From Thalia democratica (Eukaryota), in the NCBI GenBank assembly GCA_965202585.1, contig OZ241830.1, forward strand, positions 41,354,001-41,418,000: DNA of 64,000 nucleotides. The letters run 5' to 3'. The notes under the pieces are model-generated. The model ran no database searches. It had not been told where the DNA came from and was given only the letters and a program-made list of their open reading frames with translations. Of this stretch, positions 35,860-48,700 are shown piece by piece. The first letter of the stretch is position 1. The number at the start of each line of letters is the position of its first letter. The translations under genes and the position numbers were made by a program.

Positions 35860-36130
35860 TCAATTTTACCAGGACACCTGGATTTTAAAAATACATATTT
35901 AGGTAATAAATACCTGGAATTTGATATTTTTTGAAAAAAAAAACTTGAAAAAACCAAGAATATTGAACAAAAAACCTAAAACATTATGAACAAGGAATTT
36001 TTCACCTTTTTATATATAAAATAAAAGTGTTTAAAACCAATAACAAATCACAGTTTTTTTTACTCAAAGTTTTACAGTTTATATAAAACACTTAAAGTAG
36101 CCCTAAAGTATCTTTTCAGTAATTTTCTAT
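35860..36130. mobile_element. Truncated MITE family A copy
   Basis: ACCTGGAATTTG repeats and AAACACTTAAAGTAGC..AGTATCTTTT block shared with 15239-15580; no TIRs recognised; boundaries approximate. Confidence 0.5.
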
Positions 36131-36613
36131 TATTTTTTTTCTATGGTAGAAAAACATCAGACTCACTCTTCCCTATACAACAATAAACATTATTTGAAGG
36201 TCAAGCAATCAATTTGTCATCACCTGTAATTCTACCTCCCCTTTAAAATTAACCCTAAACTAACCAAAAAAAAACTATCTGTATAAATGAAAAAAATCCC
36301 TTGGTGATACATCATTTGGCAAACACTCACAAGGTTACAATCTCACCACTAAAAACCAAGTGTGGGAAAATCATTGAGCTCAAATCCACAAGCTAGTATC
36401 TACCAATGCTACAACAAAAACACATCAACAATCCAATCATGTGATCACTGCCACCATTGTTAACTCACAATTTGCTGTTGCAAACTCAAATAAATCCATA
36501 TCTAACTGAAAGTATTAAGTTCTATTAAAAAATTGAAATAAAAAGATACAGAAAGTAGAAAAATAAATTTACACTGATTTTATTTAAAAAAATCAATAAT
36601 AAAATAAATTTAA

Positions 36614-37300
36614 GGGCATAGGGGGGGGGGGGGTAAACACCCTTTTTTGGTTTTTTATCTTATTTTATATAGTTTTTACTAAGCTACAAGATGCTTTTTA
36701 CAGATTTAAAAAATTCAAAGTAATTTTTGAGATATAGCCGGTCAAAATCGGAGCCGACAATAGGTTCCTTATGGGAGGCGCAAACTAAAACTGCAAAAAT
36801 AGACTATTTCACTAAAAATCTATCTTCTCCTACGTTTTTTGAGATAACTACCTCAAATTTTCAGGAAATGTTTCTTGATATATTTAGAAAATTCTGTCGG
36901 AAGGAATTAAAAAATAAATTATTTAAAAAAATTATATAAAAAATAAACAAAAAAAACAGTTTTTTTTTTGTTTTTTTATTATAAAATTTTTTTAAATAAT
37001 TTATTTTTTAATTCCTTCCGACAGAATTTTCTAAATACTGCAAGGAACATTTCCTGAAAATTTGAGGTAGTTATCTCAAAAAACGTAGGAGGAGATAGAT
37101 TTTTAGTGATTTCTAGTTATTTGCCGTTTTAGTTTGCGCCTCTCATAAGGAACCTATTGTTGGCTCGAACTTTGACCGGCTATATCTCAAAAATTATTTT
37201 GAATTTTTTAAATCTGTAAAAAGCATCTTGTAGCTTAGTAAAAACTATATAAAATAAGATCAAAAACCAAAAAAGGGTGTTTACCCCCCCCCCTATGCCC
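36614..37300. mobile_element. Kolobok-type fold-back MITE (687 bp, almost wholly palindromic)
   Basis: TTAA|GGGCATAGGGG...CCCCTATGCCC|TTAA; arms of about 340 bp are reverse complements nearly to the centre. Confidence 0.88.
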
Positions 37301-37663
37301 TTAAACAATAAGTATTATATAAAATTTGTTAGTATTAACTTTACATAAAACTAAAAAAAAAATTAAAATTTGTACTAAAGTTTTACTTTTACCTCTAATT
37401 TGTAAAAAAAAAGAAAAAAAGGACTGCTTTTAATCTAACACAGTAACAAAAAACAAATTTAAATCAAAATAAATGTAATTTATTTCAAAAATTTATTACA
37501 ATCACTCTTTTTTAAAAATTCATTAGCAAGACAATCATATAATAAAAGACTCATTACAATCTGCTACATATACAAAATGAACCAAATTTCAATACAAATA
37601 AAACATACATACAAAAGCACTCTAGATCTACTCCTTGTAGTTGTTTAAAAAAAAAAACTATAT

Positions 37664-38040
37664 TTAAAGCAATCTATCTTTTATAAAGTTTTTAAAAGTT
37701 TCAGGGACAGTAGACCAAAACTTTGGACCCAAACACCTAAAGCAGTTTAGGCCAAGTTTCATTCTAGGTCTTTTGGTAGAAAAAATAATTTTCTTTAAAA
37801 TCCTTGTGTTGTGTGAGTGAACAGATCTAGCAAGTATAAATCTATTGTGCTCTACATCAAACCCTACTAAAGCATTAGGCATCAACTTAGAAACTTTCAG
37901 TTTATAAACATCATTTAATTTCAGTGCACCAGTTTTTTTTAAAAAAAGGTTTGTTGTGGTCATGACAGGCACACAACAAACATACATGATTACTCTTTTT
38001 TGCATACAAACAGTTGGTTTCAAGTAACAGTCAGCACCAC
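37664..38040 (-). mobile_element. 3' fragment of a CR1/L2-like LINE ORF2
   Basis: Translation QKRVI..TNLF..LKLNDVYKL.V..LM..HSHNTR..PR.KLG..F..LGPKFW..VP resembles the recalled post-RT C-terminal tail of CR1/L2-clade ORF2; decayed. Confidence 0.65.
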
Positions 38041-38733
38041 CCCAAAACATTTTTATACTTTAAGTTTAAACTTCTACTAAAAAATGTCAAAAAAATTGAA
38101 CAAAAAAAAAACCATATCTATGCAACTCTTTTAGTTTTTGAAGTTTGTGAGGTTTGCCATAGTTATTTAAGTTTGTTAACAAATAATGCCTTTATCCTTT
38201 TTTAGTTTAACTTATTTTAAAGCAACATAATATAATTTTAGTGGTACATAGACTTTGTTAAGACAAATATTTTTTGTTTATTATTTTTTTTACCATTGCG
38301 ACTTTATACACTTATATAATAATTTCTCAACATAGCTGTTCTTGAAACTTCTTCCAATATCATTCATTTAGTTTTGAAATATATTTACTACCAAAACTTT
38401 AAAACTTAATAACAAGTTATTTATAAGTTTTACTATTTTTTTTAAATAAAAAGTTGTTGTTAGTTGAAGACTGTATTTTCAAAATGTATTCTGTCAATAT
38501 TTTTTTTGACTTGCTATTCATGTTAAAGTACTTTATTTAGACATGGTAAATAATTTAAACTTTAATTATCCCTCTATGCATGCTAGAGTTTGTTTAGTAA
38601 CAATTAGTTGGCCTTTTTATATTTTATTAATACAAAACAGTTATCAACGTTTTTTATACAAGAAGCTTATTTGTTTACAATGCTTTGTTCTAATTAGCTA
38701 TAAATGTATTTAATAGTAATTATGTAATTTTTC

Positions 38734-39008
38734 CAAGGTTGTCACAAACTCAAAATAACTCAGGCTAGTTTTTTTTTTGTAAAAAGTGCCGAATAGTTAT
38801 AAGGTTTTTTTTAATCTCAGGCCATTTTTTTCTATATCTTTAATGAGATTTAGTTTTTTCAGTTTCAATGTTTTTATATTTTATAACAAACTTTGGTCAA
38901 AACATGATTTTTATTGTTTTTTAAAATTATTTAGAAAACCCATGGTGACTCAGGACACTTTTAAGTTACTTAAAATAGTTTTTTTTGACTCAAATAGTAG
39001 CAACCCTA
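38734..39008. mobile_element. Degenerate MITE related to family A
   Basis: Ends CAAGGTTGTCAC / GTAGCAACCCTA; internal ACTCAGG repeats; no clear TSD. Confidence 0.45.
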
Positions 39009-39779
39009 AGTTTTAAAGTATAAAATTTTATAAATGATAGTGTCAAAAAGTTTATAAATTTTATTACCTCTGTAATTAATCAAATATTTTCAATGGTGAT
39101 GTTAGAGCAAAAGTTTAATCTTAATTTCTTACTTACTCCATTTAAATATCCAAAGTATTTTTTATAAGTTTTAAAAATTATTAAATATAAGTTAACCTGA
39201 CATCTGTGAATCTTTAAAGCTACAAACACTTTACTTTGTAAATATTTCCTTATTATAAAATGCAATTGTAATATTTCCCCTTTGTAAAAAAACAGTGCAA
39301 ATTTTCCCCATGAAAAACAAAAAAACTGGTGAAGAACTGGTGAAGCTCTTTTCATTGTTAAAGTTCTTAAATTTTTTGAAAAGAAAAATGGACTTTCAGA
39401 ATTTTTAGTATGATTATGTGTAGATTGCAAATAACCCATAAATTTGTAAGAGTTGCTAACTCTTTCACATTTCAGTATATTACACCTTAAGATTCTTGAA
39501 ATTAAAATGGGATGAAGGTAGTCTTCCTATTTTGATTTTAAAGACCGGACAGGATTGAATTTTAGATAAACATAAATAAAAATGGTATAAACCATTAAAA
39601 AAATCAGTCACAGTCTTATACAACCACTTTGAAGAGATCTTTCGTTTATTAAAAAACAAACATTTTCAATTCTTATTCAAATAGAATTCTTAAGATTCTT
39701 GTGCAGTTATTTTGGTAGGTAAAACATTTATTTTAATTTTTGTAGAAATTTTATAATATATATAAAGTATTGTTCCAAA

Positions 39780-41961
39780 ATGTTTGCATCTGCACTTGGA
39801 AAAGCAAGAAGCAGTTCTAAAGATGGAAATGAAACTAACTATGAAACAAGAGAAGATGAGTTGCAGGGACAAAAGTATCAAGAAATAGTAGATTTGTTGA
39901 TTGCTTGTGGATACTTTAGAGCCAGAATTAAGGGACTTTCAAACTTTGATAAGGTTTAAAAAAAACACCTTTTGTATTTGTTATATTCAATAGTTCCTAT
40001 AGTTAACTTCACATTAGCTGTGGAATTTTTGTTAAAAAGCAAATTTTACCAAATAGTTAAAAAAAATTGAAACAAAAGTACAACTATAAATGATTCTTAT
40101 TAGTAGTGTTATAAGTTTATTTGATCTTTTAAGCTGAATATAACTACATTAATTAGAAGTTTTGTAACTAAATCATTTTAAATACTAATAATATGTTTAA
40201 TGCTAATTTTTTTTATTTACTTTAAAGGTTGTTGGAGGTATGACCTGGTGTATTACTAACTGCACTGTTGCAATTGATGTAGACTTACTGTTTCAAGAAA
40301 ACTCTACCATTGGTCAGAAAATTGCTCTTACAGAAAAAATTGTGAGTGCTTTAAGAAAAATGGTGTGTCCAATGCTTATTGAACCGCATCAGATACAAGG
40401 CTCAGATTGGAAGAACATTTTCCCTGTAGTGCAGTGGCTTGTTAAAAAAGTTATTGAGACTAGGGAAATTATGGGAGACAATAGAAGGGCATATAGTATA
40501 AGCCAGTTTGACAAGAAGTATAAACTTCCAAGTGACTACAGTGATGATCAAATTGCCAAGATTAAAAGCACAATAAATAAAGTGAAAAATCATTATAAAC
40601 CTGTTAGGAAATATAAGCGAGTTGATGATGTTGAACTCACTACAGAGGAGGCAAAAGTGTCTTCCACCCTGCTTGAGTACGGTAGAATATCTGTTGTTGG
40701 TCAAAACAAGAAGTCTGAGAAAACAAATGAATCCAAAAATAATAAGCAAAAAAACAAGATAACAGACCAGCTAAAGTCAGTCGAATCTGCACTAGGAGCA
40801 GCAGAACCAGATGGAGTTGAAGTTAATGAGGAAGAAGACATTAGAGTGGCTCAAGAAAAGATTTTGCAGAAACTCATGGGAGGAATGTCTGAGATGACAG
40901 GAAGAGAAGCAGAAGGAAAAGTCGCATCTCGAGTTGTAGGGTCAATTGTTGGAATGCAGTCCAATGAGATTCAGAAAATATCTGACACATTTGCCAAAAA
41001 GAAAGCGGAAATTGAAGAGGCTGCCAGAGAAGCCTTACTTGATCCTGTGCAGGAGCTAAAGAACAATATTGAAAGCTTAGAGGGCAAAAAAGGAAACAAA
41101 GTAAAGGAAGTTTGTGAAGTAAACAATAGACTTGAACAAGTAAGCAATAATAAAAGTTCAATTAAAGAAGAGCTTGATGGAAATAAAGAGCTCCAAGAAG
41201 CAATAAAGCAAGAGTTTGACCGACTTGAAGAAATTGAAGCAAGTGCTGAAAGGGCTGATGTCAAAGAAATTCGAGAGCTAGTTATGCTTAATGAAAAAAT
41301 GAAAAAGGATGAAGTTGCTTTTAAGGCCAAGTGCAAAAGTGAGATGACAAGAATGAAAGAGCTCATAAAAAAATTGCAAGAACAAATTCAACACAGAGAT
41401 GAAGTCGGAACTGAAAATGATGAAATTGTCAAAAAACAACTTGAAACTGACACAAAAAAGCTAAACAAAGTTAGAAGAAATCTAGCAGCTAAATCTAGAA
41501 CGGTCAATGATTTGTCAAGAAAGATTGATGAAGTTCCTTCAAGAGCTGAGCTGACCCAGTATCAAAAGAGGTTTGTTGAACTGTACGACCAGATAGCTGT
41601 TACACACGTTGAAACAAAACAATTCTACTCTGCCTACAACACGCTGGAAGACTGTCGCTTCAACCTCCAAAAAGAGGCTGACTTGTTGGATTCAATATAC
41701 GACAATTTCCAGACGGCCAGGTCTTCACAGCACGCAATGCAGCAGTACTTGAAGCAGTTTGAGCAGATAGTTGAAGGGGTGAGAGCAAACCACAAGAAGT
41801 TTGAGGCGAAGAGGTCGCAGGAGAAGGCAAAGAGAGATGAAAGAAACGAGCAGTACCAGCAGCTTGTTGATAAAGACAGGATGTATGTGAAAACAATCAG
41901 GGAGTTCCAAGAAGAATGCAGAAAGAACGAGATATTAGTGAGCAAGCTTCAGGCGATCTAA
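39780..41961 (+). CDS. CCDC93: Coiled-coil domain-containing protein 93 (CCC/Commander subunit), 635 aa, 2 exons
   Basis: Exons 39780-39953 and 40228-41961 (phase 0). [30 protein letters not shown]|[49 protein letters not shown] and [17 protein letters not shown] match recalled CCDC93 sequence. Confidence 0.96.
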
Positions 41962-42953
41962 ACTATTGTCATGTTGGACATGTATTAAATTTAAGTTGTT
42001 TATAAAAAGAATCAGAAGTTTGAAGTTTTTCATTACATTTTATAGTTTTATTTCTTAATTTCCTTCATTGATTTGGTTTAAAACATATGTGTTGAAAATT
42101 TTTACAAAACTTAATAGATTATTTTTGTTAAAAACTTATTTTCACAGCAGTTTTTAATTATTGAACTAACTTTAACAAAACATATGTTTCTGTGTATTAA
42201 CAATTTTTAACTTTTTAAAATTTTCACAATTTAAAATGTTTAACTTATAATATATTTGTTTCTAACAAATACAAAAGTAGTTTTGAAATAAGCAATCGAA
42301 TTAGTTGTGATTTTTTTTTGCAAAATAACTTTTTGTTATATTTACATATGTGCAATAGTTTATTTTATGCAAAAAGTGTATAAGTAAAGTTGTTAGTTAT
42401 TTTAACACAAAGTTTTAAACGTTTTAAAAAATTTGTAGTATTTTGATTTTTTTCATAAGGTTTTGTTCAACGCTTTGTATATGTACAGTAAAATAACTAT
42501 TGCTAATGAAATACTTGTGTTAAAAAGATCTTATTTTATATTAAATTTTTCTTGGTCTGTTAAAATAATTGTAGCAGTTTAATTTACAATAAATTTTTTT
42601 TAGTTATATATGTTAAGCTAGGATTTAATTTTATGACAAAATCATTGAACTTTATTTTTTTCAAAAGGAATACTATAAAATAAATTTTCATCACACTTAG
42701 CTCTTTATAAATTCTACCAAAATTTCATCGAGTAAAACAATATTTAGTTTTATTTAAAAATCCTCGACTTGATGGATAAATTTTACTATTTTTTTTTGCA
42801 TTAAGCAATAACCTTACAAACATATGCTAAAAACATTTATCCTTAAGTTTGATTCTTTAAAAAAAAATAGGACAAGTATATATTTATTGATTTTTCTTTT
42901 GCTTTCAAAAAATCACTTAATCATACAAAACTCTCTCCAGTTGTACAAAAATA

Positions 42954-44799
42954 ATGTCAGACAACAAGCTCGTGAAAGAAGTAGCAGTTCACGAAGTCGC
43001 AGGTCACATTGATGAGAAGAAGTTTCAGGAGCTGGTCGGGGAGAAGAGGCAGCCGTTCGTGTTGAGAGGCGTCGATTTGGGCGCGTGTGTTGAGAAATGG
43101 ACGCCCCAATACATCGCTGAAAACTCACCACAAGATGTCGCTGTTGCGCACGTCAGCCCCACCCCGCAGATGAACTTCATCGAGAAGAATTTTGCTTACA
43201 AGAAAATGCAGTTCGCTGAGCTAGTTGAAAGGGCTTCTGGTAGCAAGGAGCTGCCGAAAATACTCGATGGATATGATCAGGAACACTACTATTTCAGGTT
43301 TGTTAATTAACTAAGTTATGTTTTTTGATTTTAATCAGTATAAATTTTGTGTTTTTTATCTTTTTAGTCTCTTTTTTATCTGTCTTTCAGTTTAAGTGGC
43401 CCAGGTTTCGATGCCTGGGCCCAGTGTTGGACAGTAAACTTAGAACAAAGTCATATAAGTTTGTTTTGTATAAATTAATTCATCTTCATACAACAACTAT
43501 TTTTTTTCAAAAGACTTTAAGATTAAAAATTTTGCAAAAGTTTATTCAACTATAAAGTAGATAAGCTATAAAAATAGATACTCTTTCAACTAATTTAAAA
43601 GATAAGACAAGAACATTTTTAAATGCTCTTGTTATGGTCATAAAATTTTGCAGATCTCTCGGCGAAGACGTACGAAAAGATCCTTCCAACTTCCACAAAC
43701 AGTTTCCCAAGCTCAAAGACGACCTGCGAATTCCACCGGTGTTTTCGCAGGACCAGAAATTTTCCAGCGTCTTCCGCATGTCGTCACCTGGGGTGCAACT
43801 TTGGACGCATTATGACGTCATGGACAACATTCTGATCGAAGTGAGGGGGAGGAAGAGGGTTGTTTTGTTTCCTCCCAATCAGGCGTTGAACTTGTATTTG
43901 AAGGGTGACAAATCTCTGGTCACTGAAATTGACAACACTGATCTTTCAGTTTATCCTAAGTTTGCCAACGTTGAAAGGTTAGATTTTTGTTTTTATGTGG
44001 TATTTCTCTTAAAGCCTTTTAGTGGATTAGATGAAGTTATAGAAAGTTTTAAATGAGCTAATGTGTTCTAGTATTGATATAATAGCGCATAAACTCACAC
44101 TTAAGCATTGTAAGTTACAAAAACTTATATCTCTTTTTTGTAATTAAAAGTAATAAATTAAAAAAGTTAAAAGAAGGCATGCTTAACTTGATATTTTTAA
44201 TTTGCATGAATTTAAATTTATACAATTGAAAGTTAGAGTGTCTTTTTTAGTTTAGTAACTTATGAGCTTAAAATTATAGCTAAACATGCAGAATAAAACC
44301 CTTGTCAAATAATATAATTTTGTAACAAAACTTTGTCGTCTTCCAATACTGTATAGGGCAAATGGTATTGTATATTTTATTCTTGCTTTTACTTCTTTGA
44401 TTAAAAAAAATCCACGTAAACAATAGGTTTTTAATAGTAATATGATTGTCGCCCTACTAGTAAGAAATTAAGCTGTGTACCAAAATATTTTCTTACACAC
44501 ACAGGTACGAGTGCGAACTGTCATCAGGCGACATTCTGTTCATTCCGGCCTTGTGGTTCCACAACGTGATAGCCCTCGACTTCTGCGTTGCCGTCAACGT
44601 GTTCTGGCGCAACCTGCCCGCCAAACTGTACGACCCCAAAGACGTCTACGGCAACAAGGACCTGAACCCGGCGCTGAGGGCCCAGGACTGCGTTGCCAGG
44701 GCAGCCAAGTTGCTGGACGCGTTGCCAAGCGAGTACAAGGATTTCTACGCCAGAAAGCTTATTCAGGGAATAAAAGACAAATGCTCTATTACTGATTAA
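42954..44799 (+). CDS. TYW5: tRNA wybutosine-synthesizing protein 5 (JmjC hydroxylase), 320 aa, 3 exons
   Basis: Exons 42954-43297, 43654-43977, 44505-44799 (phase 2/2; 963 nt). Motifs [62 protein letters not shown]; HxD...H iron triad present. Confidence 0.96.
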
Positions 44800-45793
44800 A
44801 CATTGTTTGAAACATGGGAAATTGTTTACTTTTTTATTTTGTATGGTTTAAATGCTGAGAGATTTTTTTGATGCTCTCTGCTAGATATTAAAAAAAAATG
44901 ATAGTAACAGTTTTGTATTTAGTTTTTGATAAAAAATTTATTGTTTGATGTTAGTGATTATTTACTTTGAGATAATATTTTTTATTGGAAAACTAACTTA
45001 TTAAACTTTACTAATTATTTAAACAAATTATCAGATTTTTGTTATATAAGAAACTAAAAACAGTAATATTTTCAAATAAATTAAGTGTTGTCTAACATTT
45101 TGAGCCGAAGTGTTTATGTATATCTTTTACCTTTTTTAGATTAAGTTTGTTTTAGACAATTTAGTATTTGATTCTAATACATATTTTTTATCAAGTTTTC
45201 CATTAGTACGTTTTTTGTTATTCTGACAATATTTTAGTGAAATACGAGTAGGAAAGGAAACATTTGAGTTGAGACTCTTTATTTATTTATAAAACTGAAT
45301 TCTTTTTCATGATGCCGTTGAAACTTTTGTTGTTAAAAGTGTTTCCTTAAATGTGAACCTATATTCTTTGCACTGTTGGTTTTGGAAAACACAATTTTAA
45401 ACAATAGTATTATATGTGATGTTATTTTCAAAATTTAGAATAAACAGCTAAAATGCTTAATATCAAGATGTTATATAACAACAGCGTTATTTTTATTTTT
45501 TTAAAGTTTATTAAAATTACTTTTTACGTTGAAGAATTTCCAAAAATAAATCAAAAAAGTCTGCTTTTTAATGTTTTTTTTTATTTTGAATATATTTTTT
45601 GATAAGCTATCATATCGTTGGTTTACTAGTATGTATTTTTATATTCTGAAAACAAATTTTTTTTATTTCAATTAAACTCATGGAGTTAGTCAAATTTAAG
45701 TTTTTAAAAACAAATATTAAACACAGTTAATTTTTAATATTCAGCTTACCATAGAGAATTGTTTAAGTTTTGAATAATTTAATAAGTGAAGGA

Positions 45794-48700
45794 ATGAAAT
45801 TTGTTGAAGAAGATGATGTGAATGATGTTTGTCATTTAATTACCAAAGCTAATTTGCCTCATTTAAAAGGTTTGTTTTTATTTGATTACTAATTTACAAT
45901 ATTATATCTATCAAAATAAGTTTACAATAATTTAGTTTATGTTTGATTTCACTTATAGATAAAAATTGTATAAATTTATACCATAATTTGAAATAAGTGT
46001 ATGTTTTCATAACTTGAACAATTTTTAATTTTTTGTAAATTTAAAGTTACAAAAAAACGCAAAAAGTTAAAAAAAGGTTTGTAGTAGTCTTTTTCCACTA
46101 ATATGTCATGATATTTATCCGAAAACTGCTATTAATTAAATATTAAACTTAAGAAAATAGTTTTGGTAAACACAAATCAAATAGCATAAAAACTTACAAT
46201 TTGAATTTTTCTGTTTTGCCCGGGCGTAGAAAAATTGTAAAAAATTTAAGTTGCGATTAATTTTGAAATGCAAAAAATAAAACTAAACTTGATTTATTCA
46301 GTGTTTAGTATCCTAAAAAAATGTTTATAACATGTTTAAAGTTTTGATCATATTAAAACTCATGTTTTTTTTTACCAAGTTATGTTTATGTGGTATAAAT
46401 CAAAAATATACCCACTATCGACTAATGGTGCAGTCTATAAGAAAGCTGTCTTGCTAAAGCTAATTCGATTAAATTTTAGTCATACAAGGTAAGTTAATTG
46501 TACAGATTAGTTAAAATTTTTATGTTGAAATTTACTTAATATACAACTTTCTTTTTACTTACTGTGTTCTAAAAATAAGATTTCTAAACAAATGTTATTT
46601 AGAAACATGTAACAATTTTGAAAATTGAATTTGGTGTTATCAACTAGTACTTACATAAAGCTTTAAACTGTTGTTTAATTTTTTAGTTAGTTTTATTTTT
46701 CAACTGTGCTTTTATATAAGCACACATATTGTGACACTAAACAACATAAAAATGGTAAAAAACAATGATTAAATTTATTTTTTTATTAAGCCTACCTGAA
46801 ATTAGGTTACATTTTCTTCGGCAACTTCAATTAAAATTTCTGATTTCTAAACGGTTGAAAGTTAATCAAAATTTTTAAAATTTTTTTTAATTTAAAAATT
46901 ATTAATTAAAAGTAAAGTACCTTAAACTAGTTGTACTACAAAATTAAGAGAGCTCAAAAGTGTTTTTTGGAGTTTAACAGAATTTACACTACTTTTTTTA
47001 ATTAGAAACTATGTGCTCTCAAAAATTTTTTCGATCCGTTTTCGAATTTACTTGAATGAAATAATGAATGTGGGGAAGAACTTGCAAGTTTTTTTTTCAA
47101 TTTTGAATACATTGAATGTGCAGAAATCAACATGCTCTATTGAGATTCTTAAAACTAAAAACGCATAAATTTGGTGTAAATACTAAAAACAATATGTGTG
47201 GAAAGTTACAGTATGTACATTATAGTGATGATAAAATTGTACTGTTTTCACGTTTTTTTCTGTTGTAACTTTTCCAAACTATTATATTAGGAGTTGCTTT
47301 TGCGAACAATTTGTTTGCTATGCGGCTCATAAGTTTTAAAGCTTTTATTCATAGGTCTAAACGGCTCCTGCATTAAAATCATAGGAGACCTTGTTTTTTA
47401 CAAACGTTAATTTATCGTTAAATATTTTAATAATTATTTTGACTAACTGTGTAATTTCTTACAAGTACACATGTTGAAACATAAAGCTAGTTCAAAGTTA
47501 CCATAAAATCTCGAAAAGTTGGAACTTGATAGTTTTGGCAAAAAAAAAAAACAAATTTTGAGCAGTTACTACATGTAAAATAATAGAACTTTGATAAGTT
47601 ACGAAAATATATCATATACAATAATTTTTGTTGTACTGTTTAGAAATTTGTTTATTATGAAGCACATTTAAAATAGCATTTCAGTATCTTTTTAATATTT
47701 TTTTTACTAATAAAAGATGTTTTATACTTAAAATGGACAAAAATTTTTGTACTTTCAACCACCTGAAAAAAAATTTGAAAACCTGATAAATTTCTTTAAA
47801 TTGTTTGGCAACCCTGCTAGTATAACGAAGTTTAATATTTCAGTTCATAAAATTATACATAACAGCCTACCTGAAATATTGCAACATATACGATGCAATA
47901 TTTCACACTAACGAGGATGGGAGCACTTGCCTACACTCTGCCGCCAAAAGTGGCAAGCCCCACATACTGGAGTGGATGTTGCAACAGGGCAGGGACGTTG
48001 TTGATGTGACCGATTTCGAATCTGGCTGGACCCCTCTCCACAAGGCTTTTCATTATGGCAGAATTCCGTGTGTTGCTGCTTTGTTGAGGGTTTGTTGGTT
48101 TTTTATTAAAGAAAATATGTGTTGTCGAAAAACAGTGCTAGCTAATAGCTGCTTTGTACTAGTTTTGAGAAAAATATAGTGTCAAAAAAAGGTTTAAAAA
48201 GAAAATCTTTTAAGATCTTTGCTTTTTAATAAAGCTAGAAATTAAGATAAATCTTTTATTTTGACTAACTGTTATACGCTTAAAACTTTTTTTCAGTTTT
48301 TTTCATCAAAAATCAATTATTGTAGTATTATTAGATTTATTAATATGAAGTATTGTTATGTGCGTATTTATAATTTTAAATAAGTAACAAAATTATTTTC
48401 TGCTGAATTTAGTATAGAATGTGTTGTAATTTTCACTGATTGTAGTGAAGTTTAAAAAAAAGGGTTTTAATGTTACATTACAAATACATCAAATTTTAAA
48501 ACTAATTAAATTTTAGTTGATAAAATTTTTTATTTTTTCGTATTATTTTAGTTTTTATAAGCAACGTCTTAGTTAAGTTTTATTTACACCTCTACAGAAT
48601 GGAGCCAACATAAGCATTCAGGACCATTCAAAAAGTGATGTAATTGATTTCTTTCTGAAAGATGTAGCACCTTGGTGTAGCAACATGCAAAATGAAAACA

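Noticed and set aside
42954-44799. Functional link between TYW5 and the nearby tRNA cluster
   Set aside because: TYW5 modifies tRNA-Phe, whereas the cluster encodes Tyr, Leu and Lys; proximity is probably incidental.
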